Positions 42,604-52,836 of a DNA stretch of 58,077 nucleotides are shown piece by piece; the stretch's first letter is position 1, and the number at the start of each line of letters is the position of its first letter. This DNA is from Ignatzschineria sp. (GTDB taxonomy: Bacteria > Pseudomonadota > Gammaproteobacteria > Cardiobacteriales > Wohlfahrtiimonadaceae). A program made the position numbers and the translations under genes. The DNA is taken from the NCBI GenBank assembly GCA_030151245.1, contig JASLEF010000016.1, positions 1 through 58,077 on the forward strand. The letters are read 5' to 3'. Under the pieces are notes generated by a model. It saw only the letters and a list, made by a program, of their open reading frames with translations. It had not been told where the DNA came from and searched no databases.

Positions 42604-44313
42604 ATGATTAATTACAAAATGACTTTACGAGCACTGTTAAGCCTATTTCTTCTCTCATGGATGATGACTTTTGTTTCAGCACAAACCGTTGCTGAAAGAG
42701 CGATTACCCCAACCATTGAATGCTGTGAAGTACTGGAATCCACAGAAACCTCCATTATTGATACACAAAATAAGATTGCGGCATTAAAAATCGAATTAAA
42801 TGAAGCCGTCACCCAGGAGACAAAGGGCGAAATCGAGGAAAAGATTAATCAACTTCAAGCCCGTTTAACCCAATCTCGTACCGAATTTGAAAAGTATGCC
42901 CTTGGCGGCGTGGATATCAGCTTTTTGACTAAGACAGATAATAACGAAGATCTTACTTATGATTGGCAAGCTGAATTGTTACAGATTGTACAACCTGTCT
43001 TTTCAGAAATTCAACGCTTAACCAAAGCAACTCGTGAAAAAGAAGAGATCAATCGTGAACTCACTCTTACTAACGAAAAAATTGCCAGTCTTGAGCAGGG
43101 ATTAACCTATTTAAAAGGGATCCCCCAAGACAAACTCGAGCCGGCGGTCATCAAAAAATTAGAGACAATTGATAGTAATTGGACCGCTTTTTTAAAAGAT
43201 TTAAAACGCGATCGGGATCATTACAATAATCTCCTCGAAGCCATGACCACCGATAAATCTTTCCTAGAATCTTTAAAGGATGGGATTGTAGACTTTCTCA
43301 AGGGCCGTGGGCTCATTCTTCTGACCTCATTTGCAACCTTTATTCTCGTTCTCTACCTCTTAACAAAGTTACTCGATTTCTTTGTGAATCGGCACCAAAA
43401 TAACAGCCATGGTCAACAAAAAGTCAACCTACGTGGTCGTCTCTTTGTCCTCCTTTATCGCGTTATTTCTATTATCGCCTCCATCATTGCATTCTTAATT
43501 GTGCTGCACTCTATGGGAGATATGGTTCTCTTTGGAGTCGCTATTTTAATTTTATTAGCCTTGATTTTTGCCTTTAGAAATTATGTCCCCAAATACTTCT
43601 CCGAAATTCGTCTTTTCCTAAATTTAGGCTCCGCAAGACAAGGAGAACGTGTGATGTATCGTGGTGTACCTTGGTTAATCGAACGTATTACGCTCTATAG
43701 TGCAATCCTGCATAATCCAGCATTAGATAATGGTCGAATTCGTCTGATGCTACCGGAGTTAGAGACACTGACCTCTCGTCCTTTTGATAATGATGAAATC
43801 TGGTTCCCGGCGAAAGTTGGAGAGAGCTTTATCTTACCCAATGGAACTTTTGGGGAGGTTAAACGCCAAACTCCTGAATCTGTCTATTTAAATTCATTTA
43901 ATAGCACGATCATCTATCCTACTGCCGACTTTATCTCGGGCGCACCTACAAACCTCTCTTATGGTTATTATGCGGTAGCAGACTTTGGGTTGTCATATCA
44001 ACATTTTGATACTCCTGTTGATGAAATCTTCACAAAACTTCAGGCCTTTATCATTGAGTTTCTCTCGGATACTGCGTTACATGATCAATATAATTCTCTC
44101 AGCGTAGAATTCCGTAAGATCAACGAAGGCGTTTCACTTGTTTATACAGTGATTGTCTCTATGAAAGGATCCTCTGCTGGCTACTACTTCCAATCAGGTC
44201 GTTTACTACAAGAAGCATGCTTACGTTGTGCCCAAAAAGAAGGATGGAGTATGCCATTTACAAATATCGAAATGCGCGACAGCCAAAACCGGGTGATTTC
44301 ACATAAAGCCTAA
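42604..44313 (+). CDS. Membrane protein with periplasmic coiled-coil region and a probable MscS-like C-terminal part
   Basis: Signal-like N-terminus, long helical segment, about 3 TM helices, then GSARQGERV beta-rich region. ATG at 42604 preferred over TTG at 42469. Confidence 0.5.
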   Translation: MINYKMTLRALLSLFLLSWMMTFVSAQTVAERAITPTIECCEVLESTETSIIDTQNKIAALKIELNEAVTQETKGEIEEKINQLQARLTQSRTEFEKYALGGVDISFLTKTDNNEDLTYDWQAELLQIVQPVFSEIQRLTKATREKEEINRELTLTNEKIASLEQGLTYLKGIPQDKLEPAVIKKLETIDSNWTAFLKDLKRDRDHYNNLLEAMTTDKSFLESLKDGIVDFLKGRGLILLTSFATFILVLYLLTKLLDFFVNRHQNNSHGQQKVNLRGRLFVLLYRVISIIASIIAFLIVLHSMGDMVLFGVAILILLALIFAFRNYVPKYFSEIRLFLNLGSARQGERVMYRGVPWLIERITLYSAILHNPALDNGRIRLMLPELETLTSRPFDNDEIWFPAKVGESFILPNGTFGEVKRQTPESVYLNSFNSTIIYPTADFISGAPTNLSYGYYAVADFGLSYQHFDTPVDEIFTKLQAFIIEFLSDTALHDQYNSLSVEFRKINEGVSLVYTVIVSMKGSSAGYYFQSGRLLQEACLRCAQKEGWSMPFTNIEMRDSQNRVISHKA

Positions 44314-44343
44314 TCTCCCCTTTGATTAGCTGAGCCACTACTG

Positions 44344-44377
44344 AAGAGCATTCTATAAAGATAGGATGCTCTTTTTT
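44344..44377 (+). terminator. Terminator after MscS-like gene
   Basis: AAGAGCATTCTAT...ATAGGATGCTCTT followed by TTTT. Confidence 0.8.
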
Positions 44378-44799
44378 GTAGTCGATTCATCAAAAATGAT
44401 CAAAGAACACTATAAATGGACTTATAAAAGAGTTTGGAAGGCCAAGCTCATATAAAATTGATAACAACGCTTTTATTAAGCAATCAGTTTAAAATGATCT
44501 TCTTCAACATCTCGTTAAATCGGCACTCAATCTAAGAAGAGATTTTGCCAGCTTCTATCGTTGGTCTATCAGCAGTTAGACTGAGATATTTTGACAACAA
44601 AGTTAGGGATAGATTTCTCAAAGCAATTGCTGCCCTATTAATATCTCATGGTAAATCTTCTTATCATGATATCGTCTAAAAAACTTCCAAAAGCAGGCTC
44701 TTTCCTGCAGGAGATACCAAATATCCGTATAATACCTTTCGGTTAAGAAATCGATAAAATCACTTAAAATGTCAGTCATATAGGGATATTAACAGATCA

Positions 44800-45627
44800 A
44801 TGGCACGGAAAAGAAAACCTAAAAATATCGTTGAAAAATTTGCAAATGAGCTTTTTAAAAAGAAAAACCCTCTCTATTGGTTAATAGGTGCCATTTTATT
44901 GGTTATCTCGGCTTATTTCTCACAATTTGACCTCGATATTTTAGGGAAAAGTCAGCCTGAGTTACAGGTCGAAGGATTAACCTTTAATCAAGCAAAAGCA
45001 CGCTTAACAGAGATTTATAAAGCCCATCCTCAGCAAAAGGAATTTTATTGTGGCTGTGATTTCTCATGGAAAGGAAAACGAGGAGAAGTTGATCTTGCAA
45101 GTTGCGGATATGAGATTCGTAAAAATGCTGAACGCGCCAAACGCATCGAATGGGAACATGTTATGCCAGCCTATGCTTTCGGCAATCAATTACAGTGCTG
45201 GCAAAAAGGCGGACGTGAAAATTGTAAAACCCAACCCGACTACAGCGAGTTTTTTAATGTCATGGAGGGCGATATGCATAACTTACAACCTGCCATTGGT
45301 GAAATTAATGGTGATCGCTCTAATTTTCGTTTTAGTGAGTTTACAAAACGTTTTAATCAATATGGACAATGCCAGTTTGCAACAGACTTTAAAAACCGCC
45401 AAGTGCAGCCTCGTAATGAAGTTAAAGGCATGATTGCTCGCACCTATCTCTATATGGTGGGTCGTTACGAACTCTCTATTTCAGATCGTGAACAAAACTT
45501 AATGAATAGCTGGAATCAGCAATTTCCCCCAAAAAAATGGGAGTGCGAGCGAAATGAGATCATTCGTGAGATTCAAGGCAATGACAATCCTTACATCACC
45601 TCACAATGTGATGCGCTCTTGATCTAA
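44800..45627 (+). CDS. endA: Endonuclease I (EndA/Dns/Vvn family)
   Basis: FYCGC, RIEWEHVMPA, CWQKGGRENC, DMHNLQPAIGEINGDRSN, IARTYLYM, WECERN, QGNDNP. Confidence 0.93.
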   Translation: MARKRKPKNIVEKFANELFKKKNPLYWLIGAILLVISAYFSQFDLDILGKSQPELQVEGLTFNQAKARLTEIYKAHPQQKEFYCGCDFSWKGKRGEVDLASCGYEIRKNAERAKRIEWEHVMPAYAFGNQLQCWQKGGRENCKTQPDYSEFFNVMEGDMHNLQPAIGEINGDRSNFRFSEFTKRFNQYGQCQFATDFKNRQVQPRNEVKGMIARTYLYMVGRYELSISDREQNLMNSWNQQFPPKKWECERNEIIREIQGNDNPYITSQCDALLI

Positions 45628-45774
45628 TATTCGTATAGAGATAGGTTTATACTGAAATGACTCTATCAGCTGCTCTTGAAGCGAAGTAACGTAACGATAT
45701 TGAAATGGCTCTATCTATTAGTTAGCTATTAAGATGTGAGGATATATTAGAAATAAATATATATAAAAATCATC

Positions 45775-45809
45775 AAAAAAGCAGTTGAAAGTATCAACTG
45801 CTTTTTTTT
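45775..45809. terminator. Bidirectional terminator between endA and copZ
   Basis: AAAAAAGCAGTTGA-N5-TCAACTGCTTTTTTTT. Confidence 0.85.
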
Positions 45810-45908
45810 ATGGCCTGTGAACCCTGCTGTTTGAGGATATTACACTGACTCGGAAAATAAACGACTGATAACGATCATGACGATGAATTGTCATTCTCCT
45901 CTCAAATA

Positions 45909-46133
45909 TCACACTATTGGCGATTGCTCAGTTGCCGAGAAGCCGATCTCATCAATGGTCTCGATTATCGATGCGATAGTTATATGCTCTTCTGTTAATA
46001 CGACTGTTGCTGTTCGATCTTCTACACTTGTAGTCACAGAGTGGATTCCTGTTAAATCCTTTAAAGCACTTTCAATGCTAGATGTGCAATGGTCACAACT
46101 AATCTCTGGAATGTTAAATGTTACCGTTTTCAT
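45909..46133 (-). CDS. Heavy-metal-associated (CopZ-like) chaperone
   Basis: Single HMA domain with SCDHC and IGF; ATG at 46133 follows GGGAG. Confidence 0.85.
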   Translation of the reverse strand: MKTVTFNIPEISCDHCTSSIESALKDLTGIHSVTTSVEDRTATVVLTEEHITIASIIETIDEIGFSATEQSPIV

Positions 46134-46277
46134 AGAGAGCTCCCGTCTCAAATATATTCATACTTGTAATAAAAAGGGGATTTCAAAAACTCTAAACCGC
46201 TTCACTGTTTTAAGAAATCTTGATCATCATTGCGCACATGATACTGCAGGAGAATATCGATGACAATAGTAGTTATC

Positions 46278-46967
46278 TTATAATTCGCTCGTTAAAAAAT
46301 CACTATCCGCCAATAAAAATGCCAATAACAATGCGCCTAATGCTTGATAAAAATCCGTTTTACAATTTGCAATCCTATTTAAACGATCATGCCATGAAGG
46401 TAGCCATCTTAAGATCCCCTCATCTATAAAGGATTTTTGCGCCAGATATTCGCTCGTTAAATAACTTTGAATCTCAACCTCTTGGTGTACTTCTTTCTCT
46501 AACTGTAGGCACCATTTATGCATTAGTGATAAATAAATCGCTAAGTGGTCCGAGGGTTCCTTAAAACTTTCTAAGATCTCTAATCCACTTTTTGAAAGCA
46601 ACTCTCGCATTTTTCGCTCAGCCTCAGAATACATCATCCCATCTTCATCTAAATAGAGCGAAGCATAAGGCATTGCCCCACTAGCTTCATCTAAAAGAAA
46701 ACAGGCCGCAAAATCAGCTTTCAGCTCTAATGCCGGAGCCTCTATCTCCTCTAAGGCAGCGATAGCTTCTTTAAAACGCTCAACTTCAAGTGAAAGCCCT
46801 ATTTCAACAAAAAGATTAAACATGGTATTCAACGCACCATCTTGATAGATCCCTATCATCTCTTTCTCTAACTCCTGAGAAAAGAGCTGGGCAAACCACT
46901 GATAAGTTTCTGCGCGTAATTTGGAAATCATTGCCGCTTCATTTGCTAATTTTTTCATATCACTCAT
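46278..46967 (-). CDS. torD: TorA maturation chaperone TorD
   Basis: RAETYQWF, LELKADFA, PYASLY, EPSDHLAIYL; ATG at 46967 follows AGGGAG. Confidence 0.92.
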   Translation of the reverse strand: MSDMKKLANEAAMISKLRAETYQWFAQLFSQELEKEMIGIYQDGALNTMFNLFVEIGLSLEVERFKEAIAALEEIEAPALELKADFAACFLLDEASGAMPYASLYLDEDGMMYSEAERKMRELLSKSGLEILESFKEPSDHLAIYLSLMHKWCLQLEKEVHQEVEIQSYLTSEYLAQKSFIDEGILRWLPSWHDRLNRIANCKTDFYQALGALLLAFLLADSDFLTSEL

Positions 46968-47041
46968 TCTTGCTCTCCCTGCTTTCTTTAGGATTGTTCC
47001 TTCAATACTAAGGATGAGATCATCCAACTTTTAATGAATCG

Positions 47042-47067
47042 CGGCATCTCTCTACTGAAAGATGCCG
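47042..47067 (-). other. Intercistronic stem-loop between torA and torD
   Basis: CGGCATCT...AGATGCCG with no U tail; possible mRNA stabiliser. Confidence 0.5.
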
Positions 47068-47107
47068 AGGATTAATCATCATTCTCCTATTATAAGCCTT
47101 GAGAATA

Positions 47108-49636
47108 TTAAATCTCGATTGTTTCCTGTCCATCGATATCCACCACCGTTGGTCCCGTAAAACCGGTGGGTGCTGGTGCAACACCGATAAACTTCTCAAT
47201 TTCAACCTGACAGGTATTCGCACTAGGCGCTTGCGATAAATTAGAAGTCCCAACATCCATAGTTAACGTATTAGGATCACCATAAGTATCAATCGAACCA
47301 ATCGTCTCATCTAAAGGAGAATACCAAGCCCCCTCAAAGATTCGAACCACCCCTTTAGGGAAGTTATCATTTACATTAGCTCCGGCAAGTAATTGCCCAC
47401 GATCATTATAAACACGAACTAAATCTCCATGTTCGATCCCCCGTTCAGCCGCATCTTCGGGACTTATAAATACCGGCTCTCTACCTGCAATCGCATAGCT
47501 TTCTCGCATTTTTGTCGCTTCACAGCCTTGAGAGTGTAGACGATTATCCGGATGTGCGGACTGCATCCATAAAGGATATTGATCAGATTTAGGTCCCCCA
47601 TGCGAACGCTCTGCTTTTTCCATCCAGATAGGATGCCCTTTACAATCCTCATAACCATAACTCGCAATTGTTCGGCTATAAATCTCAATGAAGCCCGAAG
47701 GAGTCCCTAATGCATTAACTTCTGGATCCTCTCTAAAATCTGCATGGCGAACCCATGGTTTTCCTTCAGGAAAGAGCACATAACCTTTTTTCCAAAACTC
47801 TCTAAATGACGGCATATAGAAACCTTTAGGATAATTCTCATTGTAACAATCCATATAGAGTTTCTCGATCCACTGCATCTCGTTTTTACCTTGTGTATAC
47901 TCTCTTTCGCGCCCTAAACGTTTACTAAATTCACGCCAGATATCAAAATCTGTTTTGGAATAATAGAGCGGGTCAATCAGCTTTTGCATCGCAATGATTC
48001 CCCGATTACTATAAGTTCCGTAAACATCCAAGTCATTGCGCTCATAAGGTGTACAAGCCGGTAAAACAATATCGGCAAAACGGCAAGTCGCCGTCCAGTT
48101 ATAATCTACTGCAACAACTGTTTCTAAATCGTGATAAGCGCGCTTCATCTTATTGCGATCTTGCTGACGATGCCACTGATTACAACCTGAGAAGATCGCC
48201 ATTTTATAGGGCGCAAGCTTAATTTGATTCCCATTATAGTTGATCTCTTTCCCTGGCTCTAAAAGGGCATCAATCACACGTGACACCGGAATAAAATTCG
48301 CATAGCCTTTATAATCGGTACTTTTATGCTTCGGTTCTCGTCCAAAATCAAGGTTAAGAGGAAACGCCCCTGGCATAGATGCCCCCGATGAAGAGACGCC
48401 GACAGAACTATAATGATGAGAATAACTAATTCCCCCACCAGGAAGACCAATCTGACCAAGCATTGCCGCAACAATAGCCGCCATCCAATAAGGCTGTTCC
48501 CCATGTTGTTGACGTTGCATAGACCAACCAATCATCATTTGCGTACGATGATTCGCCATATCACGCGCTAATTGACGAATCGTCTCTGCCGGAACCCCTG
48601 AGATTGATTCCGCCCATTCCGGCGTCTTTTCAATCATATCCTCCGACTCGCCCTTAAGATAAGGTAAAAACTCTTCGAATCCTAATGTATAGGTCTCCAA
48701 AAAGTCTTTATCATAAAGATCTTCTTGCCATAATGTATGTGCAATCGCAAGCATGACGGTTAAATCTGTCATCGGGTTTACATAGAGATATTCTGACTCT
48801 AAATAATTCGCCGTCATACTTTTTACAGGATCTATACAAATGACACGAATTTCCCCATTTTTAACCTTCTCTTTTAACTGCTCAAGATAGCCATAGGCTT
48901 CGTGGGTTTCTGTATTCCAACCTACTTGAAGGTTTTTAACTAAATCACTCCCCCAAATCACAATAACATCACTCTCTTTGAGAATAATATCCCAAGAAGT
49001 CCCCTGAGAATAGACTTCCGTTGAGCCGAGAATATAGGGCATAATAACCTGCCCTGCTCCCGTTGAATAGTCTCCTGCAGTCCCGACACTATTCCCATGC
49101 ATTGCAATCGCTCTTAGCATATGGTTACCACAACTATGCACCTGTCCGACAGATCGCCAGCCTACATTCCCTGTATGCAATGCCCAAGGACCAAAGGTGG
49201 TTTGAATTCGCTCTAATTGCTCATAAATAAGATCCAAGGCTTCATCCCAACTGACCCGAATAAAACGGTTATCGCCTCGCTGAGTTGTATCGCTATTTTC
49301 ACGATGCTTATACCAATCTAACCGAACTAATGGATAACGCACTCGTGCCGGACTATAAATAATGCCGGGGATCGCATCCAAGATTCTTGTAGGATGCTGA
49401 TCAAATTCAAAGGGCTCTACTTGCACAAGACGGTTAGCAACCACTTTTGCTCTAAAAGCTCCCCAGTGTGCGCCAGATATACGCCATGTTGTTAATGTTT
49501 CTAAATCTACATCTGTGGGGTTTTTAGTCGTTAAAAGCGTTTCCGCCATAAGACTAGGCGCTAATAATGATCCCCCTGCTAATAACGTAGCAGTTTTTAA
49601 AAAACCTCGGCGAGATTGATTATATTGATGACTCAT
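47108..49636 (-). CDS. torA: Trimethylamine-N-oxide reductase TorA (Mo-bisPGD, Tat-exported)
   Basis: Tat motif SRRGFLK, HWG, RVRYPLVR, DYSTGA (Ser ligand), RLHSQ. GNVGWR lacks the Tyr seen in DorA/BisC (YGW), which fits the TorA type. Confidence 0.93.
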   Translation of the reverse strand: MSHQYNQSRRGFLKTATLLAGGSLLAPSLMAETLLTTKNPTDVDLETLTTWRISGAHWGAFRAKVVANRLVQVEPFEFDQHPTRILDAIPGIIYSPARVRYPLVRLDWYKHRENSDTTQRGDNRFIRVSWDEALDLIYEQLERIQTTFGPWALHTGNVGWRSVGQVHSCGNHMLRAIAMHGNSVGTAGDYSTGAGQVIMPYILGSTEVYSQGTSWDIILKESDVIVIWGSDLVKNLQVGWNTETHEAYGYLEQLKEKVKNGEIRVICIDPVKSMTANYLESEYLYVNPMTDLTVMLAIAHTLWQEDLYDKDFLETYTLGFEEFLPYLKGESEDMIEKTPEWAESISGVPAETIRQLARDMANHRTQMMIGWSMQRQQHGEQPYWMAAIVAAMLGQIGLPGGGISYSHHYSSVGVSSSGASMPGAFPLNLDFGREPKHKSTDYKGYANFIPVSRVIDALLEPGKEINYNGNQIKLAPYKMAIFSGCNQWHRQQDRNKMKRAYHDLETVVAVDYNWTATCRFADIVLPACTPYERNDLDVYGTYSNRGIIAMQKLIDPLYYSKTDFDIWREFSKRLGREREYTQGKNEMQWIEKLYMDCYNENYPKGFYMPSFREFWKKGYVLFPEGKPWVRHADFREDPEVNALGTPSGFIEIYSRTIASYGYEDCKGHPIWMEKAERSHGGPKSDQYPLWMQSAHPDNRLHSQGCEATKMRESYAIAGREPVFISPEDAAERGIEHGDLVRVYNDRGQLLAGANVNDNFPKGVVRIFEGAWYSPLDETIGSIDTYGDPNTLTMDVGTSNLSQAPSANTCQVEIEKFIGVAPAPTGFTGPTVVDIDGQETIEI

Positions 49637-49831
49637 AATATTGATCCTTTCTCTCATAAAGTAGCAAGAAGATGAGTTGAAACTCTACTTTGAAATTCAG
49701 ACTCACGGGAGTGATCCTCATATCCTTACAACTTTTATCCATTGAGTGCTCAACGTAAAATTTCAGCGTTCTACTTTGAGTATTCGTAATGTTGTTAAAG
49801 CAATAGGCTTCAATCGCAGTATTAGGATTGA

Positions 49832-51037
49832 TTAATGACTATTCTGAGCTGCTTGTTGCTTTGCAAAATCCATAGAATGCAGCTGTAAATATTTCAAGAC
49901 TACTTTTGAAGTATCCTCATCCATATTGGTAAAACCCACCATTCCAGCAAATAATCCCGGCCATGTATTTGTATCATAATGCGCGGTGTCAGGTTGCACA
50001 TGACAAGTACTACAGCTCTGTGTATAGCTAGCATTAGCCACTTCCCAAATCGGAGTAATATCTGCCGTTAATCCCCCTGATTGAATCCAAGCAGTACCCG
50101 CTACTTTCTGCCACTCAAGCCCTGTTAAGGGATCTTCCTTCACTTCAAGCACATTAAATGTCTCGTTTTGTGCAATCTCTTTTTCTAAAATTGCACTAAC
50201 AGTATTAAGGCTATATTCCCCATAAAGCACTCGTCCATAGCCTTTATTCTTACGCCATAATTCATACTCAATCTTTTCAGCATCGCCATTTTTCTCGATC
50301 ACGCGAACTTCTGTAGCCACCTCTAAAGAACCTATTGGTGTACTTAAAGTTTCATCTAAATAGAGAGACTGTGGCAAGACATTATAATATTCATGATCAA
50401 TGGTTGTTTTTTCATTATTGGCACTTGCTAATAACTTATCAAGATCTTCATTACGAATACTTTCAACCACTGGCAATTGATGCGCAATACCTTTATGACA
50501 CTCTATACAGCTTGTATTACGTGCCGCAGCACCTCGCATTTCCATCTCAGCCATAATGTCCATTTTTTCAAAAGCCATATGCTCATAATCATGGCAAGCT
50601 CGACACTCTTTTGAGCCGTTAGCACTCATTCTTGCCCATTCTCGTTGGGCTAATTCTAAACGCTTATCTAAGAACTTTTCACGAGTGCCAATATCCCCAG
50701 TAATATGGGACCACACTTCTCGACTCGCTTGCACTTTACGTGCAATTTTATCTGTAAAATTATGCGGAACATGACAATCAGAGCAATAGGCTCTAACTCC
50801 CGTTCTATTACGAAAATGTACCGTTTGTTGAAGCTCTGGATAGACATTATCGGCCATAGTATGGCAACTAGTACAGAAGGCCTCGGAGTTGGTATATTTC
50901 AATCCTGCATCAAATCCATTCCAAAAGATAATGCCGGCAATAAATCCCCCTGTCACAAGAACTCCGAGCCCGATTTTCATACTCGGTCTTAAAAATAAAT
51001 TATAAAGGGCGCGTTGAGTACGCTTAATGATTCCCAT
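49832..51037 (-). CDS. torC: Pentaheme c-type cytochrome TorC
   Basis: N-terminal TM helix and five CxxCH motifs (CTSCH, CSDCH, CRACH, CIECH, CSTCH). Confidence 0.95.
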   Translation of the reverse strand: MGIIKRTQRALYNLFLRPSMKIGLGVLVTGGFIAGIIFWNGFDAGLKYTNSEAFCTSCHTMADNVYPELQQTVHFRNRTGVRAYCSDCHVPHNFTDKIARKVQASREVWSHITGDIGTREKFLDKRLELAQREWARMSANGSKECRACHDYEHMAFEKMDIMAEMEMRGAAARNTSCIECHKGIAHQLPVVESIRNEDLDKLLASANNEKTTIDHEYYNVLPQSLYLDETLSTPIGSLEVATEVRVIEKNGDAEKIEYELWRKNKGYGRVLYGEYSLNTVSAILEKEIAQNETFNVLEVKEDPLTGLEWQKVAGTAWIQSGGLTADITPIWEVANASYTQSCSTCHVQPDTAHYDTNTWPGLFAGMVGFTNMDEDTSKVVLKYLQLHSMDFAKQQAAQNSH

Positions 51038-51121
51038 AGTTACATCCTTTTCGTACTGATTCATTCATGATGTTTTCGTCTTATCTACGCGTTGTACGAA
51101 CGCGCATATTGATACAACAAC

Positions 51122-51304
51122 TTATGCTGGAGGCCCCCAAAATAAAAGCTGCATAATCCAAGTCCCCAGTCCATAAGCACCAATAATACAAAAGGCTAAT
51201 ATCGGTAAAATAATTAACATTAACAAAATAAAGCGACCCCATTCACCGCCTTTTGTTACGCTATTTGTACTGTTGTTGTGGTTTGCTAAATGATGTTTTT
51301 TCAT
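51122..51304 (-). CDS. torE: TorE/NapE family small membrane protein
   Basis: EW...PILA...GAYG...W.MQ...GPP; first gene of the operon; AGGGAG RBS. Confidence 0.85.
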   Translation of the reverse strand: MKKHHLANHNNSTNSVTKGGEWGRFILLMLIILPILAFCIIGAYGLGTWIMQLLFWGPPA

Positions 51305-51480
51305 AAATAGCTCCCTTTTATGATGATTTTTCTGTTTAGAAAATATTGAAATAGGTATCTACACAGCAATAAAAATGAGATGTCGTAAAAAACAATAGAG
51401 ATAAATATATTTGAATCTTATTCATTTATATTTTGTCAATACCTATATAGAACTATAACAGAGATCTATGACAATAAATG

Positions 51481-51521
51481 GTTATATAGACTATTCCCCT
51501 TTATTAATTGATCTATGTTAA
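51481..51521 (-). promoter_or_regulatory. Putative FNR-type class II promoter for torECAD
   Basis: TTGAT-CTAT-GTTAA at 51508-51521 (8 of 10 match to TTGAT-N4-ATCAA); TATAAC -10 at 51481-51486 on the minus strand. Confidence 0.5.
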
Positions 51522-51548
51522 TAATTAACCCACAAAATTGGAGTTTTA

Positions 51549-52466
51549 GTGTCAAATATAGCTACTAAAGACAAAGTGACGATTTTAGGTGCCGGCTGGC
51601 TCGGCGTTCCCTTATCTGTCTCACTTTTACAATCTGGCAGTGAGGTCATTGCCACGAAACAATCCACTGAAAGCCTTGATCAGTTGCAAACTCAACTCTC
51701 AAATAACGGCTTGTCATCGACCGCTTTATCGCTTCATCTCTTTTCAGATGAGCTTCTCAAGAAGAATGCCCTAACACCAGAGCAACTTCAGACGCTCTTT
51801 CATCAACGAAAAGTCATTATCACCATTCCTCCGACCCCTTTTATTGGGCAATATTCTAAAACAGAGGAAACGCAAGGCATTACAGACTATCTCTCTTTCA
51901 TTCAAGATGTAAGGCAACAGGCAGAAAAATATAATGCGTTAGAAATGATCTATACCAGCTCAACCTCTGTTTATGGAAATAGTAGCGGCATTATTCATGA
52001 AGCATTACCCGCAATGCCTCAAACAACCAATGCAAAAGCGATTCGCCAAGTTGAAAAATCTCTTCAAAAAAGTCATCTACCTATCACGATTTTACGTCTA
52101 GGGGGCTTAATTGGTCATGGTAGACACCCAATCTTTAGCTTACAAGGCCGTGATAATATTCGCTCACCATTGAATGCGATCAACCTTCTACATATTCAAG
52201 ACTTAATCCGTGCCATTCAGGTGATTTTATCGAGAGATAAACAAGCAAATGAGCATCATATCTATAACCTTGTTGCCCCAATGCATCCTAATCGTCAAAG
52301 CTACTACCAAACTTTGGCAAAAAAACTTTCATTACCTTTACCAAGATTTGCAACCGCCCAACCAGAACTTAAACGTATTATTGATGGTGAAAAAATCACA
52401 GAAAAAGGAGATTTTAATTATGAGATCGTTGATCTTCTTCAAGCACCTTTAGCAAAAATCATCTAA
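51549..52466 (+). CDS. NAD(P)-dependent epimerase/dehydratase, YeeZ-like
   Basis: ILGAGWLG, TSSTSVYG, LRLGGLIG..RHP, NLLH, YNL; GTG start with GGAG. Confidence 0.85.
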   Translation: MSNIATKDKVTILGAGWLGVPLSVSLLQSGSEVIATKQSTESLDQLQTQLSNNGLSSTALSLHLFSDELLKKNALTPEQLQTLFHQRKVIITIPPTPFIGQYSKTEETQGITDYLSFIQDVRQQAEKYNALEMIYTSSTSVYGNSSGIIHEALPAMPQTTNAKAIRQVEKSLQKSHLPITILRLGGLIGHGRHPIFSLQGRDNIRSPLNAINLLHIQDLIRAIQVILSRDKQANEHHIYNLVAPMHPNRQSYYQTLAKKLSLPLPRFATAQPELKRIIDGEKITEKGDFNYEIVDLLQAPLAKII

Positions 52467-52768
52467 AAGTTAGAAGGGGTTTAGGACGAAACTCGCAAAG
52501 GGTTCCTATAACGTCCCCTAATAATCAATATTATCCGCTAACCGGTGCCTATAATGCGCCTATAGTACTCCTATAATGAAATCGACTTAAAAGTGATTCA
52601 TTCCTTAGAAGAAGATTCGTAGGATGTTGCCATAGACTGCTGTTAACGATTATCCTTATCGCTACTACTATCGCTATTTTAAATCGAAGGATTGATCATT
52701 GATAGCCATGTAGCTCAAGATGCTTCTAAGAGACACCATCTATTGCTTATTAGGATTTTCTTCACAAT

Positions 52769-52797
52769 AAAAAACCGGAACTGTCGTCAGTTCCGGT
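52769..52797 (-). terminator. Terminator after betT
   Basis: Minus strand ACCGGAACTG-ACGA-CAGTTCCGGT followed by a T run. Confidence 0.85.
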
Positions 52798-52836
52798 CTC
52801 TTTTATTTTATGATATTTTTCCGCTGCACTCCCTCT

